Part shown: positions 19,036 through 27,763 of the stretch, piece after piece
Position numbering within the stretch: the first letter of the stretch is position 1
Layout of the letters: each line of letters starts with the position of its first letter
Source of the DNA: Eubacteriales bacterium
Lineage (GTDB): Bacteria; Bacillota; Clostridia; Oscillospirales; CAG-272
NCBI GenBank assembly: GCA_041655935.1
Contig: JBBAEK010000005.1
Location: 3,034-67,033 of the forward strand
Reading direction: 5' to 3'
DNA: 64,000 nt
Notes under the pieces: model-generated
Databases searched by the model: none
What the model saw: only the letters and a program-made list of their open reading frames with translations
What the model was told of the DNA's origin: nothing
Translations under genes and position numbers: made by a program

Positions 19036-19740
19036 ATGGCTGTATTAAATGTAAGCCCCACCCGCATGGAGCTGACCAGAATCAAAAAGCAACTGCTGGT
19101 AGCGGTCAAAGGCCACAAGCTGTTGAAAGACAAGCGCGATGAGCTGATGCACCGCTTTCTGGACATGATTCGGGAGACAAAAAAGTTGCGCCGGCGGGTG
19201 GAAGAGCAGATGATGCACATCAACCGCGGCTTTGCCCTGGCAAGCTCCGTGATGTCAAGAGAAGTGCTCTATGCGGCGCTGATGATGCCCAAACAAAGCG
19301 TATCGCTGGACATCTCCTCCCAAAATATCATGGGCATCGATGTGCCCGTCTTCGGTATCCGGCAAACATACAGCCAGACCGAGGATGCCCTCTCCTACGG
19401 CTACGCGTTTACCAGCGGGGAACTGGACCACTCGATCGTCACTTTGGCGGGCCTGCTCCCTGATTTGCTCTCGCTTGCCCGGCAGGAAAAAACGGCGCTG
19501 ATGCTGGCGGCGGAAATCGAAAGAACCCGGCGGCGGGTCAACGCGCTGGAATATATCATGATTCCGAATTATCGGGACACCATCCGGTATATCACCATGA
19601 AGCTGGATGAAAACGAACGGAGCAACCTGACCCGTTTGATGAAAGTCAAGGATATGATGGTGGAAAAACAAATCAAGGCCAGAAGAATGCGGCTCGAAAC
19701 CCTTGCTTTGGAATCAGGCGAACATCTTTCGGAGGGGTAA
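19036..19740 (+). CDS. ntpD: V-type ATPase subunit D
   Basis: N-terminus NVSPTRMELTRIKKQL... and C-terminus RRVNALEYIMIPN... are typical of subunit D. Confidence 0.9.
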   Translation: MAVLNVSPTRMELTRIKKQLLVAVKGHKLLKDKRDELMHRFLDMIRETKKLRRRVEEQMMHINRGFALASSVMSREVLYAALMMPKQSVSLDISSQNIMGIDVPVFGIRQTYSQTEDALSYGYAFTSGELDHSIVTLAGLLPDLLSLARQEKTALMLAAEIERTRRRVNALEYIMIPNYRDTIRYITMKLDENERSNLTRLMKVKDMMVEKQIKARRMRLETLALESGEHLSEG

Positions 19741-19747
19741 ATGTAAC

Positions 19748-21193
19748 ATGATGAAAGTGATCGTGGTCGGATGCGGCAAGATCGGGTATACGATCGCCAA
19801 GGTGCTGTCCGAAAAAAAAGGCATTCATGTCACCGTCGTGGACAACGATCCGAATGTTTTCGATCATGTGGTGGAAGAAATTGACGTCATCTTCCTCACA
19901 GGGAACGGCGCGAGCGAAAAAACGCTGATTGAAGCCGGCGCCAAAGAAGCGGACTTGATCGTGAGCACCACCGATGCCGACGAACTGAATGTCCTGTGCT
20001 GTATCATGGCAGAGAGACTGGGGACGAAACATTCCGTCGCCAGAGTGCGCAACCCCGAATACATGCTGGAGTTCAACAGGCTTTGGAAAGATCTCGGGAT
20101 TGATATGATCATTAATCCGGAGCGTCAAACGGCCAGGGAGATTTCCAGAATATTAAGATATCCGACTGCCGGCGACGTGGATACCTTTATCGGCGGCAGG
20201 GTGGAATTGGTGTCTGTAAAGGTATCCGAAACACCGGAATTTTTCGTTGACAAAAGCGTATCACAGATTTTCGATAGAAATTCGGGCGTCCTTCTTGCGG
20301 TCGTGGAGCGGGAAAACGAAGCGTTGATTCCCAACGGAGATTTTGTTTTTCAGGCATCCGACATGATCAGGATACTGGGGCGCCCGTCTCAAATTATGAG
20401 GTTTCTCAGCCACATCAGGAAACGGTCTAAAACCGCGCAGGAAGTCATGGTCATCGGCGGCGGGAAGATTACCCATTACTTGGCGGAGCTGTTGAGCCGG
20501 CATGCGTCGAAAACCAAACTCAAAATCATTGAGAAAGACCGGGGCAAATGCGAGGCATTGAGCGAAGCCTTAGCCTCCGCCTCCCTGGAACGGAATTGCC
20601 TGTTCATTCACGGGGACGGCACCAATGAAGAACTGCTCATCGCGGAGGAAATCGATCAGATGGACGCTTTTGTCTGTCTGACCGACAGGGATGAGGAAAA
20701 TGTTTTTATTTCCCTGTACGCGCTGCGACGGGGGGTCAGAAAGGTCGTCACCAAGGTCAATCACATTCATCAGAACATGGCTAAAAATTTAGGGTTGGGC
20801 TTAGGCAGTATCATCACCCCCCAAAACATCACGGCGAATATTGTGATCCGCTATGTGGACGGACTGACCGGGGCGATCGGAAGCAATATCAAGACCATGC
20901 ACAAGATTTTTTCCGGTGATAACGGGAATGTGGAAGCCGTCGAATTTCAGGTGAATAGAAAGTCCAAGTGCATTGATATCCCCATCAGCAAGTTACAGCT
21001 GAAGAGGGGAATTTTAATTGGCTGTATCAGCCGGGACTCTGAGATTATCATTCCCTCAGGGGACACGCAGATTCATGTCGGCGACAGCGTCATTATCATC
21101 ACAAAAAATCATGATATCCGTGATCTGGATGATATCCTGACCAGCAGAATAGACCTTCTGGCGGATATGGTGAAACATGATCAAGAAGGATAA
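19748..21193 (+). CDS. trkA: Trk system K+ uptake protein TrkA (two RCK-N/RCK-C units)
   Basis: MMKVIVVGCGKIGYTIA Rossmann motif, plus a second VMVIGGGKITHYLA. GGAGGGG RBS before the ATG at 19748. Confidence 0.85.
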   Translation: MMKVIVVGCGKIGYTIAKVLSEKKGIHVTVVDNDPNVFDHVVEEIDVIFLTGNGASEKTLIEAGAKEADLIVSTTDADELNVLCCIMAERLGTKHSVARVRNPEYMLEFNRLWKDLGIDMIINPERQTAREISRILRYPTAGDVDTFIGGRVELVSVKVSETPEFFVDKSVSQIFDRNSGVLLAVVERENEALIPNGDFVFQASDMIRILGRPSQIMRFLSHIRKRSKTAQEVMVIGGGKITHYLAELLSRHASKTKLKIIEKDRGKCEALSEALASASLERNCLFIHGDGTNEELLIAEEIDQMDAFVCLTDRDEENVFISLYALRRGVRKVVTKVNHIHQNMAKNLGLGLGSIITPQNITANIVIRYVDGLTGAIGSNIKTMHKIFSGDNGNVEAVEFQVNRKSKCIDIPISKLQLKRGILIGCISRDSEIIIPSGDTQIHVGDSVIIITKNHDIRDLDDILTSRIDLLADMVKHDQEG

Positions 21194-21199
21194 TGGGAA

Positions 21200-22651
21200 A
21201 TGAATCACAAGCTCATCTGTAAGTTGATAGGGAATGTGCTCAGAATAGAAGCGGTATTCATGTTTTTCCCGCTGATCGTGTCCCTGATCTACGGGGAAGG
21301 AGATCACCCGGCTTTTCTATGGTCAATGATCATATCGCTCGTGGCAGGCACCGCATTAGCAGGGTTCAACCCAACGGATAAAAACTTCCGCGCCCGGGAC
21401 GCTTTTGTCGTGGCGGGGCTTTCATGGATTTTGCTCTCGCTGTTCGGTGCGCTCCCGTTTTGCTTTTCGGGGTATTTCGATAGCTTTATCGACTGTGTTT
21501 TTGAGTCCGTCTCGGGCTTTACGACCACCGGGTCTTCCATCTTAACCGACGTTGAAGCATTGCCGAAAGGTATCCTGTTTTGGCGCAGCTTTTCCCATTG
21601 GATCGGCGGAATGGGGGTGCTGACCTTTATGATGGCGGTCATGCCGTCTGTCAACGCCTCCTCGGTGAATCTGTTGAGAGCCGAAAGCACCGGTCCGTCG
21701 CCCGATAAAATCGTCCCGAAGATCCGCGAGACAGCCAGAATCATGTACCTGATTTATTTTGTCATGACGGTGTTGCTGCTCATGCTCCTGAGGGCCACCG
21801 GGCTTCCGTGGTATGATGCTTTTATGAACGCCTTTTCCACCGCAGGCACCGGCGGATTTTCCCACTTAAACACCAGCATCGGGGGGTACGACAACATGGC
21901 CGCCGAGGTGATCATCACGGTGTTTATGTTTTTATTCGGCATCAATTTTTCGCTGTTCTTTATTCTAATTGGCAGAAAGTTTGTCCGATTCGCGAAAAAT
22001 TCGGAACTGAAGGTATATTTCGGAATTGTCATCGTCTCGACCTTGCTCATCGCGCTCAATATCTCGGGACTGTACGGTGGATTTTTTGCGGCCCTGCGGC
22101 ATTCGTCTTTTCAGGTATCATCCATCATATCGACCACCGGTTTCGCCACGACAGATTTCAACTTATGGCCGACGCTCAGCCAAAGCATACTGGTGATCTT
22201 GATGCTGACGGGCTGTTGCGCCGGTTCCACCGGCGGCGGTATCAAGCTTGTCCGAGTGATCATCCTGTGCAAGGCGGCCAAAGTCGAACTGGACAAAATA
22301 TTTCATCCGGGCAGCGTCAAAGCAGTCTCCCTCAACGGAAAAAAAGTGAATCAGGAGATTGTTTTGAAGACCGCGTTGTTTTTCTTCCTCTATTTTGCGG
22401 CTTTTTTTGTTTCGCTTTCGCTCCTGTCCATCGAGGGCACGGACCTGGTCTCGAGTGCCACCGCGGTGATTGCGTCACTAAGCAATATCGGCCCTGGGCT
22501 CGGCATGGTCGGGCCGACAGGCAACTACGCCGCGTTTTCCTCGTTTTCCAAGGTGATTCTTTCGTTTTGCATGATCGCGGGACGACTTGAATTTTTCCCG
22601 CTCATCGTTTTATTTACGCCCTCTGTCTGGAAAAAAGGACGGGTCAAATAA
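21200..22651 (+). CDS. trkH: Trk/Ktr-type K+ transporter membrane subunit TrkH
   Basis: 483-aa polytopic protein with repeated selectivity-filter-like motifs (SGFTTTGSS, STAGTGGFS, TTGFATTD, GCCAGSTGGGIK). Confidence 0.85.
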   Translation: MNHKLICKLIGNVLRIEAVFMFFPLIVSLIYGEGDHPAFLWSMIISLVAGTALAGFNPTDKNFRARDAFVVAGLSWILLSLFGALPFCFSGYFDSFIDCVFESVSGFTTTGSSILTDVEALPKGILFWRSFSHWIGGMGVLTFMMAVMPSVNASSVNLLRAESTGPSPDKIVPKIRETARIMYLIYFVMTVLLLMLLRATGLPWYDAFMNAFSTAGTGGFSHLNTSIGGYDNMAAEVIITVFMFLFGINFSLFFILIGRKFVRFAKNSELKVYFGIVIVSTLLIALNISGLYGGFFAALRHSSFQVSSIISTTGFATTDFNLWPTLSQSILVILMLTGCCAGSTGGGIKLVRVIILCKAAKVELDKIFHPGSVKAVSLNGKKVNQEIVLKTALFFFLYFAAFFVSLSLLSIEGTDLVSSATAVIASLSNIGPGLGMVGPTGNYAAFSSFSKVILSFCMIAGRLEFFPLIVLFTPSVWKKGRVK

Positions 22652-22852
22652 GGGGCATGCCGTTCCCTCCCGCGCACGGCAGCGTCGGACTTCTTTTTCG
22701 GCATTGATCAGGAAAAAATCCGAACCATCCGGCAGTTTTATCGGAGATCATGGCTAATCTGGGCAGCATGGAAGCGCAGACAAGATAAATCATAGGGCGC
22801 ATGCAGACCCTTGACAAAAATCAAAAATCCATCGTGAAGAAGGAGAAAAGCT

Positions 22853-23377
22853 ATGAAAACGCTCATTTTGTCCTATTCTCTGACAGGCCACAACGAGGCT
22901 TTGGCAAAGGTGATTGCCGAGGCACTGCAGGCAGAACACATCAGCATTACCGAACCCAAAAAACGCACCAACGGCACCATCGCGGCGGATCTTATTTTCG
23001 GACGGACGCCCCGGACAGCGCCCTCGCCGCAGGTGATGTCAGCGTATGACCTGGTGATTTTTGCGGCACCCGTGTGGATGGGGCAACCCGCCTTTCCGCT
23101 ACGGGCGTATTGGAAGCAGCTTAAAAAGCACCCGCAAAGCTATGCTTTTGTCTCTGTCAGCGGTGCGCACACGCCGGGCTTGTCGGGTGCGCTCAAAAAG
23201 AAAACGGGCATCGACGCGTTGATGGTGGTCAACCTGCCCATCACGGACCTGCTGCCGCCCGAGCCAAAGCCGACGCCCCAGTCAATCGGTGCCTACCGTC
23301 TCACCGCGCAGGATATGGAACATCTGACCGAGCGCGCGCTTCAACTGTTGCGGGAGCATGTGCATGAGGAGGTGTGA
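22853..23377 (+). CDS. flavodoxin-like fold protein
   Basis: MKTLILSYSLTGHNE... is a flavodoxin-type N-terminus, followed by ...VIFAAPVWMGQ. Strong RBS. Confidence 0.5.
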   Translation: MKTLILSYSLTGHNEALAKVIAEALQAEHISITEPKKRTNGTIAADLIFGRTPRTAPSPQVMSAYDLVIFAAPVWMGQPAFPLRAYWKQLKKHPQSYAFVSVSGAHTPGLSGALKKKTGIDALMVVNLPITDLLPPEPKPTPQSIGAYRLTAQDMEHLTERALQLLREHVHEEV

Positions 23378-23691
23378 TGAGCCATGCCCGAAACCAAGAA
23401 AAGAAAAAAAGAGGGAAAGCACTTATTGTGCTACTGTCAATTGTCTTTGTGATAGTCGCAGCAGGAGTCAGTGTGGTGTTGTCGGATGCTCCGGCACGTG
23501 CGGAACTGCAACAGATGACGCTCGCGGAAGTGGACTTTGGGAATCTGAACGATGGGGTATACAGGGGAGAGTACCACGGGACGAAAAATAGTCTCAGAGA
23601 TGTCGTGGTGGAGGTCACGGTGACAGCAGGCACCCTCGCGAAAATCACCGTCATAGAGGACGCCTCTGCCGGCGCCGGCGGACGATTTTAA
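23374..23691 (+). CDS. membrane-anchored FMN-binding-domain-like protein, apparently C-terminally truncated
   Basis: A TM helix is followed by DGVYRGEYHG...VVVEVTVTAGTLAKITVIED, which resembles the start of an FMN_bind domain. The ORF ends before the conserved Ser/Thr FMN attachment region. Confidence 0.35.
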   Translation: MMSHARNQEKKKRGKALIVLLSIVFVIVAAGVSVVLSDAPARAELQQMTLAEVDFGNLNDGVYRGEYHGTKNSLRDVVVEVTVTAGTLAKITVIEDASAGAGGRF

Positions 23692-23844
23692 TCTGTTGCT
23701 CAGAATGTATCAGCCCGCCGCCAAAGTATGAAACGGCACGTATGAAGTCCCGGGAGTCAAACGCGTCAGATAACCCCGCCGATGGCAGGGTGCCTTCCGG
23801 TTGTTCAACTTTTCCCCAGTTTTCGAGGAAATTTATTTTTCCTA

Positions 23845-23873
23845 TTGACAAATCGGCTATCTTTTGCTATACT
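23845..23873 (+). promoter_or_regulatory. sigma70-like promoter (TTGACA-17-TATACT)
   Basis: TTGACA at 23845-23850, a 17-nt spacer, TATACT at 23868-23873. It lies ~300 nt upstream of amt. Confidence 0.55.
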
Positions 23874-23890
23874 GCCCACATGATAGCAAT

Positions 23891-23930
23891 GGCGCTGAGG
23901 ACTACCGTCCGCAGCGCCGTTTCTTTTTTG
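23891..23930 (+). terminator. intrinsic terminator-like hairpin inside the amt leader
   Basis: GGCGCTG-a-GGAC tacc GTCC-g-CAGCGCC followed by GTTTCTTTTTTG. It starts only ~18 nt after the -10 box. Confidence 0.55.
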
Positions 23931-24170
23931 GGGGAGGAGAACAGTGATGACCTTTCTTGCTTTTCTTGTTCGGCAATCTCACTTGTGCAGAGCTTCACCC
24001 GGCGGCAGGCCCCACTCGATCGGATGGCAGGCCCGGTGCGCCGGGCGCTATCGAAATCAACCATCCCGCGCACAGTCAGAATGTCATATGCACAAAGGCG
24101 TGTATTTGCTCGCAGGCATTTTCGGATGCCGTGATCAAATACACGCTTTCATTTTGGGGAGGAATCAATC

Positions 24171-25916
24171 ATGAATATCGCAATGATCGTAGACACTCTT
24201 TGGGTCCTGCTGGCGGCCGTGCTGGTGTTCTTTATGAACCTCGGTTTCGCCGCCGTCGAGTCCGGCATGGCCAGGTCAAAAAACGCGGTGAACATCCTGT
24301 CAAAAAACCTGATCGTTTTCGCGGTCTCCTCGGTCGGCTTCCTGTTGCTTGGCTGGGGGCTGATGTTCGGCGGAGACCACCCCCTGCTCGGCACCCAACA
24401 ACTGTTCATCTTGGGCAAGTCAGCGCCCGATTTTTACAGCGATACCCTGACCTCAAACGTACCCTTCTGGGGCAAATTCTTTTTCCAGCTGGTCTTCTGC
24501 GGCACCGCGGCCACCATCGTATCGGGCGCGGTGGCAGAGCGTGTCAAGTATCTCGCCTTCATCCTGTTTTCCTTCGTGCTGACGCTGGTCGTTTATCCGA
24601 CGGTCGGGCACTGGATCTGGGGCGGCGGTTGGCTGGCTGACCTCGGGTTTCTGGACTTTGCCGGCGATACCGTCGTCCACTCGGTGGGCGGCTGGGCGGC
24701 ACTGGCAGGGGCATTGATCCTCGGCCCCCGCCACGGGAAATATGATAAAAAGGGAAAGCCTCGGGCCATTCCGGGTCATAACATGTCTCTGGCGGTGCTC
24801 GGCCTGTTCGTCCTGTGGCTGGGCTGGTTCGGATTCAACCCCGGCTCCACCATGAGTTTTCAGAACCCCGCCGATGTGGTCCATATCCTGGTCACCACCA
24901 ATACCGCCGCGATTGCGGCGCTGCTGAGCGCCACCGCCACGTCCTGGATTTTCATCGGCAAGCCCGACCTCGGCATGACCATCAACGGCTGCTTGGCGGG
25001 CCTTGTCGGGATTACCGCAGGTTGCGCGTATGTCAGTGTCACAAGCTCCCTCCTCATCGGGGCAATCGCCGGGGTACTCGTCGTGTTTGCCGTCCTCTTC
25101 TTTGACCGCATCAAAGTTGATGATCCTGTCGGCGCTACCTCCGTCCACCTGGTCTGCGGCGTGTTCGGCACGCTCTGCGTCGGACTGTTCGCGCAGGAGG
25201 GTGTCACCGGCCTTTCCACGGTCAACGGCCTGTTTTTCGGCGGCGGCTTTTCACTGCTCGGCGTAGAGCTGCTGGGCGTGATCACCGTGGGCGCATTTGT
25301 CTTTCTCGCCTCCGCGCTGGTCTGGCTCCTTCTGAAAAAGACGGTGGGGATCCGTGTCAGTCTTGAAGAAGAGCTGCTGGGCCTTGATATCGGGGAGCAC
25401 GGCAACTCCGCCTACCCCGACTTTGCCATCATCGCGCCCATCCTGTCGGCAAACGGCGACGGAAACGGGGCCATGATTGCGCCCGAAGTCCCAACGCCAG
25501 CTTTCGGTACGGTCTCACCGGATGCCGCCATCCCCGTGGTCAACCGGGCGCGTCCCGGCGCGAAAATGACCAAGCTCACCATTATCACCAACCAGGATAA
25601 GTTCACCGCCTTGCAGTCCGCACTGGACAAAATCGGCATCACCGGCCTGACCGTCACCAATGTCCTTGGGTATGGGATGCAGAAAGGGCATACGGGCTAC
25701 TATCGCGGCCTTCCCGTGAAAACAAGGCTCCTGCCAAAGATTCAGGTCGATATCGTGGTGTGCAAAATTTTCCCCGAAACCGTCATCAATACCGCCAAGG
25801 CTTCCCTGTATACGGGGAATTACGGCGACGGGAAAATCTTCGTGTACGATGTGGAAAATGTCATCAAAATCCGCACCGGCGAGGAAGGGTATGACGCGCT
25901 TCAGGACGAGGAATAG
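24171..25916 (+). CDS. amt: ammonium transporter (Amt) fused in frame to a C-terminal P-II (GlnB/GlnK) domain
   Basis: Amt motifs (FAAVESG, DFAGDTVVHSVGGW, SVHLVCGVFG). A ~55-aa low-complexity linker follows. Then MTKLTIITN...GLTVTNVLGYGMQKGHTGYYRG...GDGKIFVYDVENVIKIRTGE (P-II with T-loop) from 25566, with no intervening stop. Confidence 0.85.
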   Translation: MNIAMIVDTLWVLLAAVLVFFMNLGFAAVESGMARSKNAVNILSKNLIVFAVSSVGFLLLGWGLMFGGDHPLLGTQQLFILGKSAPDFYSDTLTSNVPFWGKFFFQLVFCGTAATIVSGAVAERVKYLAFILFSFVLTLVVYPTVGHWIWGGGWLADLGFLDFAGDTVVHSVGGWAALAGALILGPRHGKYDKKGKPRAIPGHNMSLAVLGLFVLWLGWFGFNPGSTMSFQNPADVVHILVTTNTAAIAALLSATATSWIFIGKPDLGMTINGCLAGLVGITAGCAYVSVTSSLLIGAIAGVLVVFAVLFFDRIKVDDPVGATSVHLVCGVFGTLCVGLFAQEGVTGLSTVNGLFFGGGFSLLGVELLGVITVGAFVFLASALVWLLLKKTVGIRVSLEEELLGLDIGEHGNSAYPDFAIIAPILSANGDGNGAMIAPEVPTPAFGTVSPDAAIPVVNRARPGAKMTKLTIITNQDKFTALQSALDKIGITGLTVTNVLGYGMQKGHTGYYRGLPVKTRLLPKIQVDIVVCKIFPETVINTAKASLYTGNYGDGKIFVYDVENVIKIRTGEEGYDALQDEE

Positions 25917-26107
25917 CACGCGCCCGTCCCAGTCATCATAGGCAAGCGCAAGCAGCCACCAACCAAGCCCCAACAAGGCACTTTGCGTTTCCCGCGCAAA
26001 GTGCCTTGTCCCATCCGCCGCCAAAGCGGGCCATCTTGCATTTTTGAGTTCATATGCTATAATGAATCATAACAAGCCAACCAATCAGTAGAACGGAGTG
26101 AAACGAT

Positions 26108-26524
26108 ATGTGGCAATGCCCGAAGTGCGGCCGTGAGTTTGCCGGCGCACAGCAAGCTCATACCTGCCTCAAACCAAACAGCATTGACGAGTACATCGCC
26201 GCCCAACCCGAGGCGGTGCGGCCGGTGCTGCAAACAGTCCGCGACACCATCCGCGCGGCGGCACCGGACGCCGCAGAAAAAATCTCGTGGAGCATGCCGA
26301 CCTTCTGGCAGGGCGAGAACCTGATCCACTTTGCCGCGGCGCAGAAGCACATCGGGCTGTACCCCGGTGGCGAAGCCACGGCCGCCTTTGCAGAGAGGCT
26401 TGTCGGATATCGGCACAGCAAGGGCGCCATTCGGCTGCCGCTTGACCAACCGATCGATACCAAGCTCATCACCGACCTCGTGCGGTGGAGGCTCCGGCAG
26501 GTGAAGGGAAGTGAGAGTCTATGA
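26108..26524 (+). CDS. DUF1801 (YdhG-like) domain protein with short N-terminal CxxC...HxC motif
   Basis: IDEYIAAQPEAVRPVLQTVRDTIRAAAPDAAEKISWSMPTFW...HFAA.KHIGLYP is typical of DUF1801. Confidence 0.6.
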   Translation: MWQCPKCGREFAGAQQAHTCLKPNSIDEYIAAQPEAVRPVLQTVRDTIRAAAPDAAEKISWSMPTFWQGENLIHFAAAQKHIGLYPGGEATAAFAERLVGYRHSKGAIRLPLDQPIDTKLITDLVRWRLRQVKGSESL

Positions 26525-26871
26525 CCAACGAGCGTGTGTTCAAGATGCCATTTTCGCGTGTTTATCCCCTGCTCGTCCAAAAGGCGGAGCGCAAGGGGCG
26601 CACCAAATCCGAGGTGGATACCGTCATTTGTTGGCTGACAGGGTATGACGAGGCCGGCTTGCAGGCGCAAATTGCGCAGCATGTCGACTATGAAACTTTC
26701 TTTGCCGAGGCCCCGCAGATCCATCCGAACGCCGCCAAAATCACCGGCATGATCTGCGGGTATCGTGTCGAGGAAATCACCGACCCGCTGATGCAGAAAA
26801 TCCGGTGGCTGGACAAACTGGTGGACGAGCTGGCAAAGGGCAGGCCGCTGGAGAAAATTTTGCGCCGGTAA
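26521..26871 (+). CDS. DUF2200 family protein
   Basis: VFKMPFSRVYPLLVQKAERKGRTKSEVDTVICWLTGY... matches the DUF2200 signature as I recall it. It overlaps the previous stop by 4 nt. Confidence 0.6.
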   Translation: MTNERVFKMPFSRVYPLLVQKAERKGRTKSEVDTVICWLTGYDEAGLQAQIAQHVDYETFFAEAPQIHPNAAKITGMICGYRVEEITDPLMQKIRWLDKLVDELAKGRPLEKILRR

Positions 26872-26896
26872 AGTTGACGCCCCGCCCTCGGGCCCC

Positions 26897-27403
26897 TCAG
26901 GATATGTACTGCTCGTAGGTCAACGCATACCGTACAGCGGAGGAGGCGTTGTCCTGCCGGCGGAATTTCAGCTTTTCAAACAAACGCAAAGAGCGGGTGT
27001 TTTGCGGATAAATGTTGGCGACCACCCGCCGCGCTCTTTGTTCAAAAAAAGCAATCTGCAGGCATTGTTTGAGTGCCGCAGTGCCGTACCCTTTCCCCCG
27101 GACATTTTTGTCCCCAAGGGCGATGACCACCTCATAACTGACCGCATTTATCTCGGACAGGCGAATGAAGCCGATGGCCTCTCCCTCTCGCTCAATCATA
27201 TAAAACCATCCGTTCCCGTTCAGGCTCATGCGCCACAGGTGCGGGGGCACGTGATGGATCAGGCGCCGCAAATCGTTGGCAGACTTCTTGCCGTCCGACA
27301 GGAACTCTGTCGTTTCCGGGTCATTCAGCCAATCGAGCAGGCACGCCACATCCTGTTCGTGAATATCAGCACGCAAAAAGACGGAAGCGGCTTTTTTCAT
27401 CAT
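26897..27403 (-). CDS. GNAT family N-acetyltransferase
   Basis: 168 aa with motif A region VRGKGYGTAALKQCLQIAF and a YPQNTRSLRLFEKLKF tail. Confidence 0.75.
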   Translation of the reverse strand: MMKKAASVFLRADIHEQDVACLLDWLNDPETTEFLSDGKKSANDLRRLIHHVPPHLWRMSLNGNGWFYMIEREGEAIGFIRLSEINAVSYEVVIALGDKNVRGKGYGTAALKQCLQIAFFEQRARRVVANIYPQNTRSLRLFEKLKFRRQDNASSAVRYALTYEQYIS

Positions 27404-27427
27404 ACTTACCTCTCAGTATAAATACTT

Positions 27428-27582
27428 AAAAGCCCTTCCTTGCGAACAAAGACGGTTCTTTTAGACTATTCAGTTGTCATGGCGGGGCCCTCTTGTGAAA
27501 AAAGGGAAGGGCTTTTAGTAGTACGCCAATGGCGCAATCGTAAAAGCCCTTCCCGAAAGACGGTTCTTTTGATATTCAATTG
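27428..27582. repeat. two ~45-nt direct repeats plus one inverted copy of the 12-mer AAAAGCCCTTCC
   Basis: AAAAGCCCTTCC..AAAGACGGTTCTTTT..A.TATTCA.TTG occurs at 27428-27476 and 27542-27582. The complement GGAAGGGCTTTT is at 27505-27516. Confidence 0.8.
27498..27554 (-). terminator. intrinsic terminator within the GNAT 5' leader (minus strand)
   Basis: The minus strand reads GGGAAGGGCTTTT-n25-AAAAGCCCTTCCC followed by TTTTTTCAC. Confidence 0.5.
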
Positions 27583-27628
27583 AGAGAGTCACCGCAACAG
27601 CCAAGCCCATCATCGGCTTGATACGCCT

Positions 27629-27657
27629 ATTATAACACATCAAAATCAAGAAAGCAA
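27629..27657 (-). promoter_or_regulatory. minus-strand promoter (TTGCTT-17-TG-n-TATAAT)
   Basis: The reverse complement gives TTGCTT (27657-27652), a 17-nt spacer and TGTTATAAT (-10 at 27634-27629). It lies ~215 nt upstream of the GNAT ATG. Confidence 0.55.
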
Positions 27658-27763
27658 GTACTGCCATGCCCTTGCTTTATGGAAAAAATCTGTTATAATG
27701 AATGAGGACAAAACGATTTTGTCAAACAAACACTTTCTGTTTGACTGCCACTGAGGATGATCG

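Noticed and set aside
23944-24174. 76-codon ORF in the amt leader behind a strong GGAGGAG RBS.
   Set aside because: Its Cys/Arg/Gly/His-rich composition looks non-coding, and it overlaps the amt RBS. It is kept only as a note in the leader finding.
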